Assembly (NCBI GenBank): GCA_035765075.1 | Contig: DASTYH010000036.1 | Span: 1-43,582, forward strand | Direction: 5' to 3' | Source of the DNA: Gemmatimonadales bacterium | GTDB lineage: Bacteria > Gemmatimonadota > Gemmatimonadetes > Gemmatimonadales > GWC2-71-9 | Length of the DNA stretch: 43,582 nucleotides | Shown here: positions 33,368 through 41,732 of the stretch, one piece after another | Numbering within the stretch: the first letter of the stretch is position 1 | Layout: each line of letters opens with the position of its first letter | Notes under the pieces: model-generated | The model's database searches: none | What the model was told of the DNA's origin: nothing | Seen by the model: only the letters and a program-made list of their open reading frames with translations | Translations under genes and position numbers: made by a program

Positions 33368-33931
33368 ATGCTGACGGACGTGCTTGCTCGCAACTGGAGG
33401 TGGGTGGCGGCGCGCGGAGTCGTGGCGCTGCTGTTCGGACTCCTGACGCTGTTCAGTCCCGGAATCACGCTCGCGTCGCTCGTATTCCTCTTCGGGGTGT
33501 TCGCCCTCGTGGACGGCAGCGCCATGGTCGTGGGCGCGATCGCAGACCGGAAAGGGGAGCCCCGCTGGGTGGCCTGGTTGCTCGGGGGCGCAATCGGGAT
33601 CGCCGCCGGGCTCGTGACCTTCTTCATGCCCGGCATCACGGCCATCGCGCTCCTGTCGGTGATCGCAGCGTGGGCCATCCTCATGGGCGCCGCAGAGATC
33701 GTGGCCGCCATCCGGCTCCGGAAGGTGATGACGGGCGAGTGGGCGCTCGTGCTCGCCGGCATTCTGGGGATTGCCTTCGGCCTGCTCATGATCGCCTGGC
33801 CCGGCGCAGGCGCGCTTGCGGTGGTGCTCTGGATCGGCGGCTACGCGCTCCTGGCCGGCATCCTCCTGATCGCGCTGGCCTTCGAGCTGCGGAGCTGGGA
33901 CCGGAGCCACGTCGTGGGCGCGACCATCTAG
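33368..33931 (+). CDS. HdeD-family (DUF308) membrane protein
   Basis: Six hydrophobic helices in the repeated DUF308 pattern (NWRWVAARGVVALLFGLLTLFSP...). AGGGAGG RBS. Confidence 0.85.
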   Translation: MLTDVLARNWRWVAARGVVALLFGLLTLFSPGITLASLVFLFGVFALVDGSAMVVGAIADRKGEPRWVAWLLGGAIGIAAGLVTFFMPGITAIALLSVIAAWAILMGAAEIVAAIRLRKVMTGEWALVLAGILGIAFGLLMIAWPGAGALAVVLWIGGYALLAGILLIALAFELRSWDRSHVVGATI

Positions 33932-33979
33932 CGGGTGAAGTGAGGGGTAGTGGCAGGCGTTTATCCTGAGGAGGACACC

Positions 33980-34369
33980 ATGAAAGGTTTCATTGCGGAC
34001 ATCGAGAACCGGACCGAAAAGAACCGCGACTACCGGCGGGTACTGTACACGGGACCGAACCTCCAGCTCGTCCTGATGTCGCTCCGGCCGGGCGAGGAGA
34101 TCGGCGAGGAGATCCACCACGACCGGGACCAGTTCTTCCGGGTCGAGGAGGGGAAGGGCGAGGTCGTCATGGACGGGCGCACTACCCCGATCGAGAGCGA
34201 CACCGCCATCATCGTTCCGGCGGGGTCCCGGCACAACCTCCGGAATACCGGAGACGAGTCGCTCCAGCTGTATACGCTCTACGCCCCCCCGGAGCACCCG
34301 GACGGACTCGTTCAGGCGACGAAGCCGGCGGCCTCGGAGGAGCATTTCGCCGGACACCGGACAGAGTAG
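33980..34369 (+). CDS. cupin domain protein
   Basis: ATG 33980 follows a GAGGAGG RBS. Cupin motifs GEEIGEEIHHDRDQFFRVEEGKG and VPAGSRHNLRNTG. Confidence 0.85.
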   Translation: MKGFIADIENRTEKNRDYRRVLYTGPNLQLVLMSLRPGEEIGEEIHHDRDQFFRVEEGKGEVVMDGRTTPIESDTAIIVPAGSRHNLRNTGDESLQLYTLYAPPEHPDGLVQATKPAASEEHFAGHRTE

Positions 34370-34380
34370 GGGGGGCCTGA

Positions 34381-34416
34381 GACGAATGCCCGGCGCGAGC
34401 GCGCCGGGCATTCGTC
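34381..34416. terminator. 16-bp perfect palindromic hairpin between convergent genes (no U-tract)
   Basis: gacgaatgcccggcgc-gagc-gcgccgggcattcgtc. Lies between the cupin gene stop (34369) and the Cache protein stop (34437). Confidence 0.5.
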
Positions 34417-34436
34417 ACGTCTTCCCCGGACCCGCC

Positions 34437-36146
34437 TCATTCGTCCGGATACAGGCCCGACCCGACGATGAACGTTTCGCCACCCGACTGGACTTTCCGC
34501 ACGTAGGCGAGCTTCCGTGCGGGGATGTTGTCGCCCGGCTTGTACCAGTAGTACTCCACCCAGGCGCTGCCGTCCTTCATGGCGGCCGTGACGTATTCCC
34601 GTACCAGCGCCTTGCCGTTCACGTCCCGCACGTCCATCAGATTCCTGCCTTCCAGGCTCGGCTGGGCGGCGTTCACCAGCTCCATTCCATCCGGGCTCTC
34701 GACGAAGATGTACGTATCCATGAACACGAATGGGCCCGTCCGATCGCGGAGCAGGGGAAACGCTCCCCTTCCCTGCTCCGCAACGAGGCCAGCCGCCCGG
34801 CGCACGATATCTTCGACGAAGGCCCGGTCCATCTGCATGTTGTAGACGCCCGAGCCGACGACGTACTGCGTCCCGGACGGGAAGGTCACGCGCCGGAGGA
34901 AGGTGGATTTCCAGGTCGGGAAGATGTTCCCCGGCTCCGGATAGAGGTAGTGAATCCACCCTTCTCCCGCCGGGCTCGCCGCGACCTCGAGGATCATTCT
35001 GCCGATCGGCCTCCCGTGGATGTCCGTGAGCTCGCGGACATCGAGTCCCTCGCCCTCCGGTATGGCCGCGTTGAAGATCCGCCTCCCCTCCATGGACCAG
35101 ACGAAGAAGTAGGTCCCGTTCCTGAACCAGCGGGATCCCCTCGCCCGGAAATCGGCGTAGGCGCTCTCGCCGCGCTGGCCCAGCACTTCGGCCCCGTCGC
35201 GCACAAGGGTCATCAGCTCCGATGCGGTGAGGGTCGGGGTCCGGCCGGCGGCCCGGGGCGCATCGGCGAGATAGACCCCGCAGCCGACCAGGACCTGCCG
35301 TCCGTCCGTTCGCGCCATCCGCACGAAGGTGGACTTCCGGGTCGGCACGCTTTCACCCGGCTTGGGCCACATGTAATCCACCCACCCCGACTCGTGGGCC
35401 CTGACCATGTCGAGCATGGCACGCACCAGCGGCTTGCCCTCGGCGTCCTTCAGCTCCAGCAGGTTCCTCCCTTCGAGGTTCGGAAAGGCGGGATTGACCA
35501 GCTCCACGCCCGCCATGTCGACGACGAAGATGTAGGCATCCTTCATCAGAAAGGACCCGGCACGGTCATGAAAGAGGGGGAAGGCCGCCGTGCCCCGCTG
35601 CTCCACCTCCGCCACCGCGCGGTGCACCGCATCCTCGACGAACACCCGCTCCATGCGGTCGTTGTACGCCCCGCTGCCCACGACGTAGCGGGCGCCCGAC
35701 GGGGCCGTCACGAGCCGGACGTAGCTGCTCTTCCACCGCGGGAGAAGCCCGCCGGGGACCGGCCATTCGTAGTGGTACCACCCCTCCGCTCTTCCGGGAA
35801 CCGACGATGCCGCGCCGAGGAGCCCGCGGATGATGGGCTTGCCATTGACGTCGCGGAGCTCCAGCTGGTTCCTCCCCTCCAGGGTGGAATCGGGATGGAC
35901 CAGCATGTTGCCCTGGAGATCCAGCACGAAGATGTAGCTCTCCCCCTGCCGCCAGCGGCTCCCGTCGATCCGGAACCCCGGGAAAGCCGCTTCTCCCCGG
36001 ACGCGAACGAGCTCCGCGGCGTCCGTCACCAGCGCGATCAGTCGGGCGGTCTCGTCGCCGACGCTCGGCGGGACGGCTTGCGATGTGGCCGCGGGACTCT
36101 CATCACCCGGAAGCAGCAGCGCCAGCGTAAGACAGATCCTGAACAT
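34437..36146 (-). CDS. protein composed of four tandem single-Cache (sCache_2-like) domains, with hydrophobic N-terminus and no output domain
   Basis: Four units of about 140 aa, each ending in a GW(V/Y/I)(D/H/E)Y.WP.PG.....K.(S/T)(Y/F)V(R)......(Y/V/F)(V/I)VG(S/C)G(V/A/L)Y motif. Examples: EGWYHYEWPVPGGLLPRWKSSYVR...YVVGSGAYN and SGWVDYMWPKPGESVPTRKSTFVR...VLVGCGVYL. N-terminus MFRICLTLALLLPG. Strong GGAGAGGAGGGAG RBS. Confidence 0.85.
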   Translation of the reverse strand: MFRICLTLALLLPGDESPAATSQAVPPSVGDETARLIALVTDAAELVRVRGEAAFPGFRIDGSRWRQGESYIFVLDLQGNMLVHPDSTLEGRNQLELRDVNGKPIIRGLLGAASSVPGRAEGWYHYEWPVPGGLLPRWKSSYVRLVTAPSGARYVVGSGAYNDRMERVFVEDAVHRAVAEVEQRGTAAFPLFHDRAGSFLMKDAYIFVVDMAGVELVNPAFPNLEGRNLLELKDAEGKPLVRAMLDMVRAHESGWVDYMWPKPGESVPTRKSTFVRMARTDGRQVLVGCGVYLADAPRAAGRTPTLTASELMTLVRDGAEVLGQRGESAYADFRARGSRWFRNGTYFFVWSMEGRRIFNAAIPEGEGLDVRELTDIHGRPIGRMILEVAASPAGEGWIHYLYPEPGNIFPTWKSTFLRRVTFPSGTQYVVGSGVYNMQMDRAFVEDIVRRAAGLVAEQGRGAFPLLRDRTGPFVFMDTYIFVESPDGMELVNAAQPSLEGRNLMDVRDVNGKALVREYVTAAMKDGSAWVEYYWYKPGDNIPARKLAYVRKVQSGGETFIVGSGLYPDE

Positions 36147-36479
36147 GACTCCCTCCTCTCCGGCACCGGCGCCGGCGTCTCATGCTCGCGCTCTCCGCGC
36201 GACGGCGCCGGGGCGAACATGGCGCATCGAGCATGAAGAGCCGATGAGCCGAGGGTGAGGGTCCGGTCAGGAAGCGGGAACGATCCCTCCCTCGGGCGGA
36301 CCTGAAGGAAGTCTCAGTTTCATTTCATCTCTGCTTGGGGGACCAGCCGACACATTCTCTCTGCTCCGGACGAGCGCCTCCCCCGGGATCTCTTCCGACA
36401 CGGCGCCGGCCATCGCCGTGGAAGGGCTCGCGAGGCCACGCGCTAACCGTTCAAGCTCCAGCCGACCGGAAGGTGCCTT

Positions 36480-38195
36480 ATGACGACCGAGACCATCGTT
36501 CCTCTCGAGCCAGGGGCGGCACTCGCGCCTGCGCTCGAGCAGCAGTACGAATATCCGGAAACCCGTGAGCTCGTGACGCTCGTGAGCGACGCCGCCGAGC
36601 TGGTCCGCACCCGGGGCGAGGCGGCATTTGCCGAGCTCCAGATGTCCGGCAGCCGCTGGCGCCAGGGTGAGAGGTACGTCTTCGTGCTCGACCCCGAGGG
36701 GAACATGCTGGTGCACCCTGATCCGGCGCTCGAGAACCGGAACGAGCTGAATCTCAGGGACATCAACGGCAAGCCCATCATCCGGGGCCTCATCGAAGCC
36801 GCGACGGCGCTCCCCGAGCGGCAGGAGGGCTGGTACCACTACCAATGGCCTGTGCCCCACGGCCTCCTTCCCCGCTGGAAGAGCAGCTACGTCCGGCTCG
36901 TGGTCGCGCCGACCGGGAAGCGGTACATCGTGGGCTCTGGCGTCTACAACGACCGGATGGAGCGGGTGTTCGTGGTGGATGCGGTGAGCCGCGCCGCCGT
37001 CGAGCTCGAGAGGCGGGGCACGGCCGCGTTCCCGCTGTTCCGCGATCCCACCGGCCCGTTCATCGTGAAGGACACCTACATCTTCGTGACGAGCATGGAG
37101 GGCGTCGAGCTCGTCAATCCCGCCTTCCCCAACCTGGAAGGACGATCCCTGCTCGACCTCACGGACGCCCATGGCAAGCACCTGATCCGGGAAATGCTCG
37201 GCGTGGTCGAGGTCGATGGCGTCGGATGGGTGGAGTACATGTGGCCCAGGCCGGGGGAGAGCGTCGCGACGCAGAAGTCCACCTATGTCCGCAAGGCGCT
37301 CATGGCCGGTCAACCCGTGCTCGTCGGCTGCGGCGTCTACCTGGCCGAGGCTCCTCAGGAGGTCCGCCCGGCGCCAGGGATGACGGCTTCGGAGCTCATG
37401 ACGCTCGTTCGGGAGGCGGCGGCGGTGCTCGCGGAGCAGGGCGAGAAGGCCTACCCGGAGTTGCGGCGGGCGGGTTCCCGGTGGCGGCGCGACGACACCT
37501 ACCTCTTCGTCTGGACCATGAACGGGATCCGGTCCCTCCATGCAGCCGATCCGTCGATGGAAGGAGAGGATGCGAGCGGCCTGAAAGATGTCCTCGGCAG
37601 ACCCGCCGGCAGGATGATCCTCGAGGCGGGAGCGACCGAAGCGGGCGAAGGGTGGGTCCACTACATGTACCCCAGGCCGGGCGACATCTTCCCCATCTGG
37701 AAGTCCAGCTTCGTGAAGCGGGTGACCTTCCCGTCGGGGATCCCGCACATCGTCGGCTGCGGCGTCTACAACATGCGGATGGAGAAGGCGTTCATCGAGG
37801 CGATGGTCGATCGGGCCTCTGCCCTCATCGCCGAGCGTGGCAGCGAAGTCTTCCCGCTGCTGCGGGACCGGACCGGCCCCTTCGTCTTCATGGACACCTA
37901 CGTCTTCGTGCACGACACCGAGGGGACCGAGCTGGTGAATGCCGCCCTGCCGAGTCTCGAGGGGAGGAACCTCCTCGATCTCCGCGATCTCAGGGGGAGG
38001 GCCGTGATTCCGGAGCAGATTGCGGCGGTGCGCAGCGCGGAAAGCGCATGGCTCGAGGGCTCCTGGTACAAACCAGGAGACAACACGCCGGCGAAGAAGC
38101 TGACCTACGTGCGGAAGGTCCAGTGGGGCGGAAAGACCTGGATCGTCGGATCGGGGATCTACACAGACTCCGAGCCGAAACCGGATGGCGAGTAG
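36480..38195 (+). CDS. paralogous four-Cache-domain protein without a recognisable signal peptide or output domain
   Basis: About 70% identical by eye to the 34437..36146 product over the full length (e.g. GKPIIRGL...EGWYHYQWPVPHGLLPRWKSSYVRLV). The N-terminus MTTETIVPLEPGAALAPALEQQYEY is not hydrophobic. In-frame TAA at 36444 excludes a longer N-terminus. Confidence 0.88.
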   Translation: MTTETIVPLEPGAALAPALEQQYEYPETRELVTLVSDAAELVRTRGEAAFAELQMSGSRWRQGERYVFVLDPEGNMLVHPDPALENRNELNLRDINGKPIIRGLIEAATALPERQEGWYHYQWPVPHGLLPRWKSSYVRLVVAPTGKRYIVGSGVYNDRMERVFVVDAVSRAAVELERRGTAAFPLFRDPTGPFIVKDTYIFVTSMEGVELVNPAFPNLEGRSLLDLTDAHGKHLIREMLGVVEVDGVGWVEYMWPRPGESVATQKSTYVRKALMAGQPVLVGCGVYLAEAPQEVRPAPGMTASELMTLVREAAAVLAEQGEKAYPELRRAGSRWRRDDTYLFVWTMNGIRSLHAADPSMEGEDASGLKDVLGRPAGRMILEAGATEAGEGWVHYMYPRPGDIFPIWKSSFVKRVTFPSGIPHIVGCGVYNMRMEKAFIEAMVDRASALIAERGSEVFPLLRDRTGPFVFMDTYVFVHDTEGTELVNAALPSLEGRNLLDLRDLRGRAVIPEQIAAVRSAESAWLEGSWYKPGDNTPAKKLTYVRKVQWGGKTWIVGSGIYTDSEPKPDGE

Positions 38196-38361
38196 CGCAC
38201 CAGGCTCACGCCTCGCCGGACGATCTCCCTCCGGCGGGGCATCATCGGGCGGCCCGGACGTCACGACAGAATCTCTCACGCGACCTTCACGTCCGGTTCA
38301 TGCGCCGGGTGCTAACGTAGGTCGCTGGCTGAGCGAAGTGGCATCAACTGAGGAGGGATGT

Positions 38362-38838
38362 ATGAAAGTCGCGAAATTCACCCGGACTGCCCCCATCATC
38401 GGCCAGATGAAGGAGGACATCGATCGGGTATTCGACCGGTTCTTCGCTACGCCGTTCCTGGGCGAGCCGATGATCCCGGCCTTCCCGTTCGAGCCGCTGA
38501 CCGAGGCGAAGGGCGAGTGGGCGCCACGGCTGGATCTCACCGAGAACGACAAGGAATATGTCGTCCGCTGCGAGGTGCCGGGCATCCACAAGGAGAACCT
38601 GGACATCAACCTGACCGGCAATGTGCTCCGGATCACCGGTCACCGTGATGCGGTTCAGGAGACCAAGAACGAGATGTATCTCTGCCGGGAGCGTGAGGTC
38701 GGCCGCTTCGTGCGGATGCTGACGCTGCCGGTGGCGGTGGACGAGGCGAACATCAACGCCACCTACCAGGACGGCATCCTGACGGTCCATGTGCCGAAGA
38801 CGGAGCAGGCAGTGGCGAAGAAGATCCTCATCAAGTAG
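38362..38838 (+). CDS. Hsp20/alpha-crystallin family small heat-shock protein
   Basis: Track ORF 38185..38838 trimmed to ATG 38362, which follows a GAGGAGGG RBS. ACD pattern WAPRLDLTENDKEYVVRCEVPGIHKENLDINL...GILTVHVPK. Confidence 0.9.
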   Translation: MKVAKFTRTAPIIGQMKEDIDRVFDRFFATPFLGEPMIPAFPFEPLTEAKGEWAPRLDLTENDKEYVVRCEVPGIHKENLDINLTGNVLRITGHRDAVQETKNEMYLCREREVGRFVRMLTLPVAVDEANINATYQDGILTVHVPKTEQAVAKKILIK

Positions 38839-38950
38839 TTCGCCACAGCCGCGTCGAGACCGCTCCGGGGGAGGGGCCCCCGGGGCGGCCTCGCGATTTC
38901 ATCGCATCGGCGGCTCCCGCGCACGGATATCGACTTCGAGGGATCGCACC

Positions 38951-40216
38951 ATGATTGACACCACCGTACTTCCCCGGAGCCCGGCAAGGACGTTCTTCCG
39001 GTCCTCCGCGATCGCGGGGGGCGGCTTCTCCCCCACCCGGCTCGCGCGCCTCAGGGCGGTGCTCGAGCGGCACGTCGAGAGTGGCGTCGTTCCCGGCGTC
39101 GTGGCGCTCGTGCACCGCCGCGGGCGCGAGCACGTCGAGGTGCTGGGCACGATGGGTTACGAGAGCCGGATGCCACTCGAGCGGGACACGCTCTTCCGGC
39201 TCGCGTCCACCACCAAGCCGATCACCGCCGCCGGCGCCATGATCCTGGTGGAGGAATGCCGGCTCAGACTCGACGAGCCGGTGGAGGCGTGGCTGCCCGA
39301 GCTCAGGGACCGGAAGGTCCTCCGGGCGATCGACGGCCCGCTCGATGACACGGTCCCCGCCACGCGCCCGATCACGCTGCGTGACCTGCTCACGTTCAGC
39401 TCGGGCTACGGCGAGGTGATCTTCCACGCGCCGACCTGTCCGTACCAGAAGGCGATGGTGGATGCACGGCTCCCGCTGAGCGACTGGCCGTTCCGCGGGT
39501 CGTACGACGCGTTCATGAGCCGGCTCGGCGCCCTCCCCCTCGCCTGCCAGCCGGGCGAGCGGTGGCTGTACCACATGAGCGCCGAGATCCTCGGCGTGCT
39601 CATTGCCCGCGTCACCGGCATGTCGCTGGGCGCCTTTCTCGAGGAGCGGATCTTCCAGCCGCTCGGCATGAAGGACACCGGCTTCCACGTCCCGGAGTCG
39701 AAGCTCGACCGGCTCGCGACGTGCTGGGGCCGGGACCCGGCGAGCGGCGAGCTGGTCGTCATGGACGAGGTACGGGGCGGCTACGCCTCGCGCCCGGGCG
39801 TCTTCGAGTCCGGCGCCGGCGGCCTCATCTCGACCGCGGACGATCTCCTGGCGTTCGGGCGGATGATGCTGGGAGGCGCCACACGCGGCGGGGAGCACAT
39901 CCTCTCCCGGCCGACCCTCGAGCTCATGACGACGGACCACATCACGCCGGCGCAGAAGGCGCTTTCGCCCTTCTTCGAGCATTACTGGGAGCGGCGCAGC
40001 TGGGGCCTGGGAATGAGCATCATCACCGCTCGTGGCGACCTGGCCGACGCGCCGGGGCGCTTCGGGTGGGACGGCGCGTTCGGCACGTCGCTGTACGTCG
40101 ACCCGCGCGAGGACCTGGTCGGGGTCCTGATGGCCCAGCGCCGCCCGGACCAGCTCCAATTCCCCCCGGTCACCGTGGACTTCTGGAACTCGGTGTATCA
40201 GCTGATCGAGGAGTAA
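38951..40216 (+). CDS. serine hydrolase of the beta-lactamase/transpeptidase-like (class C/esterase) family
   Basis: Track ORF 38789..40216 trimmed to ATG 38951. SxxK nucleophile motif FRLASTTKPITA. Typical GAGGLISTADDLLAFG segment. Confidence 0.88.
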   Translation: MIDTTVLPRSPARTFFRSSAIAGGGFSPTRLARLRAVLERHVESGVVPGVVALVHRRGREHVEVLGTMGYESRMPLERDTLFRLASTTKPITAAGAMILVEECRLRLDEPVEAWLPELRDRKVLRAIDGPLDDTVPATRPITLRDLLTFSSGYGEVIFHAPTCPYQKAMVDARLPLSDWPFRGSYDAFMSRLGALPLACQPGERWLYHMSAEILGVLIARVTGMSLGAFLEERIFQPLGMKDTGFHVPESKLDRLATCWGRDPASGELVVMDEVRGGYASRPGVFESGAGGLISTADDLLAFGRMMLGGATRGGEHILSRPTLELMTTDHITPAQKALSPFFEHYWERRSWGLGMSIITARGDLADAPGRFGWDGAFGTSLYVDPREDLVGVLMAQRRPDQLQFPPVTVDFWNSVYQLIEE

Positions 40217-40238
40217 GGGGAGAGGGGGTGGAAGATCA

Positions 40239-40880
40239 GTGGCCGCGCGCGGCACACTGAGGTTCGTGACCACGGGCGTTGGCGCCCAGGCCTCGCCACG
40301 CTACGGCCCTGCCGGGCTGCTGGTCGAGCACCGTGACGCACGGGTCATGATCGACGGCGGGCCGGGCGCCGAACCGGCGGGACCGCTCGACGCCTGGCTC
40401 GTCACCGATGAACGGGGCGAGCTGATGCCCCGCATCCGTGAGCTGGCCGCGGCGCAGGGCCTGGAGCCGCGCGCGCAGAGCTTCCGGGCCGGGGGGCTGG
40501 TCATCGAGTGCCATCCCGTCGTTCACACGAATCACCCCGCCTTCGGCTACCTGATTCGCGCCGGCGGGACGCGGGTTGTCTGGGCGCCGGAGTTCCTCGA
40601 ATTCCCGGCGTGGGCCGCCGGGGCCACACTCATGTTCGCCGAGGCGTCGGGCTGGAACCGGCCGATCCGGTTCCGTGGCGGCGTGGGTGGTCACCTCGAT
40701 GCCCTCGCAGTCGCCGGAGCGGCGCGCGAAGCCGGCGTGGGGCGCCTGGTGTTCGCGCACATCGGCCGGCCGACGCTTCGGGCAATCGACCGGGGGGAGA
40801 AGCCTCCCTTCGGCGAGTTCGGCGCGGATGGCCGGCGCTATGTCGTGGGCCGGCGCGCCGGACGCCTCGCGCGGCATTGA
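40239..40880 (+). CDS. MBL-fold-like protein with degenerate metal-binding motif
   Basis: Overall MBL order (LLVE....VMIDGGPG; HPVVHTNHPAFGYLI; LVFAHIG), but the HxHxDH position reads WLVTDERGE. GTG start. Confidence 0.55.
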   Translation: MAARGTLRFVTTGVGAQASPRYGPAGLLVEHRDARVMIDGGPGAEPAGPLDAWLVTDERGELMPRIRELAAAQGLEPRAQSFRAGGLVIECHPVVHTNHPAFGYLIRAGGTRVVWAPEFLEFPAWAAGATLMFAEASGWNRPIRFRGGVGGHLDALAVAGAAREAGVGRLVFAHIGRPTLRAIDRGEKPPFGEFGADGRRYVVGRRAGRLARH

Positions 40881-40933
40881 ACCCGGGATTCGACCGGCTC
40901 CCGCCGCCTCGCGGCCGAAGCCCGCCCCCTGCC

Positions 40934-40959
40934 ATGCCCGGAGCCTTCTCTCCGGGCAT
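40934..40959 (+). terminator. 10-bp perfect hairpin downstream of the MBL-like gene (no U-tract)
   Basis: atgcccggag-ccttct-ctccgggcat. Shares the ATGCCCGG/CCGGGCAT arms with the hairpin at 34381-34416. Confidence 0.4.
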
Positions 40960-40994
40960 TGTCGTGTCCGGGCGACCCCGATTCCCACTGAGGC

Positions 40995-41039
40995 TTGACG
41001 CGGCGGAGAATTCCAATATTCTAATGAATCTTAGAATAT
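40995..41039 (+). promoter_or_regulatory. putative promoter TTGACG-N16-TATTCT overlapping a perfect 9-bp inverted repeat ATATTCTAA-N6-TTAGAATAT (ArsR-type operator)
   Basis: Read directly: TTGACG 40995-41000, TATTCT 41017-41022, IR 41016-41024 / 41031-41039. AT-rich island 12 nt upstream of the ArsR-rhodanese start. Confidence 0.65.
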
Positions 41040-41051
41040 CATGGAAAACTC

Positions 41052-41732
41052 ATGGCCGACGACCATCGCCGCTTCAAGGACGACCTCTACACCCAGTTCG
41101 CGCGGATCGGCCATGCGGTCTCGAGCCCCAGGCGCCTCGAGCTGCTGGACCTCCTCGGCCAGGGGGAAAAGACCGTCGAGCAGCTCGCCGAGCAGACGGC
41201 CACCGCGGTCAAGAACACGAGCGCTCACCTGCGCGTCCTCCGCCAGGCCCGGCTGGTCGAGCCGCGGCGAGACGGCCAGCATGTCTGGTATCGCCTTGCC
41301 GACGAGACCGTCGCCGGGTTTCTCCTCTCCCTCCAGGCGCTCGGCCGTCAGCGTTACGCCGAGATCCGGGAGGTGGCGGAATCGTACATCGAAGGCCGCG
41401 ACACGCTCGAGCCCATTGCGCCCGAGGAGCTTCGCCGCCGCCTGAAGGCCGGTGACGTGACGCTCATCGACGTGCGGCCGGGCGACGAGTTTGCCGCCGG
41501 ACACATCCCCGGCGCGCTGTCGATGCCCGTGGCCGAGCTGGCCGACCGCCTCCGCGAGCTTCCCCGACGCAAGGAAATCGTGGCCTACTGCCGCGGCCCC
41601 TACTGCGTCATGGCGGTGACGGCGGTCGAGCTCCTGCGCCGGCGGGGCTACCGCGCCCGCCGACTCATCGAGAGCATCCCCGCGTGGCGGGGCCAGGGGT
41701 ATGAAGTCGACTCCCGTACCGACGACGCGTGA
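41052..41732 (+). CDS. ArsR-family transcriptional regulator fused to a rhodanese domain
   Basis: ArsR wHTH RRLELLDLLGQGEKTVEQLAEQTATAVKNTSAHLRVLRQARLV. Rhodanese part LIDVRPGDEFAAGHIPGA with active-site loop AYCRGPYC. Confidence 0.9.
   Translation: MADDHRRFKDDLYTQFARIGHAVSSPRRLELLDLLGQGEKTVEQLAEQTATAVKNTSAHLRVLRQARLVEPRRDGQHVWYRLADETVAGFLLSLQALGRQRYAEIREVAESYIEGRDTLEPIAPEELRRRLKAGDVTLIDVRPGDEFAAGHIPGALSMPVAELADRLRELPRRKEIVAYCRGPYCVMAVTAVELLRRRGYRARRLIESIPAWRGQGYEVDSRTDDA

Noticed and set aside
38196-38361. hsp20 leader as an RNA thermometer or a CIRCE/HAIR heat-shock operator.
   Set aside because: I found no CIRCE (TTAGCACTC-N9-GAGTGCTAA) or HAIR-type inverted repeat. The only anti-SD candidate (CCCTCC near 38229) is about 120 nt from the SD. 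This cannot be supported without folding or experiments.
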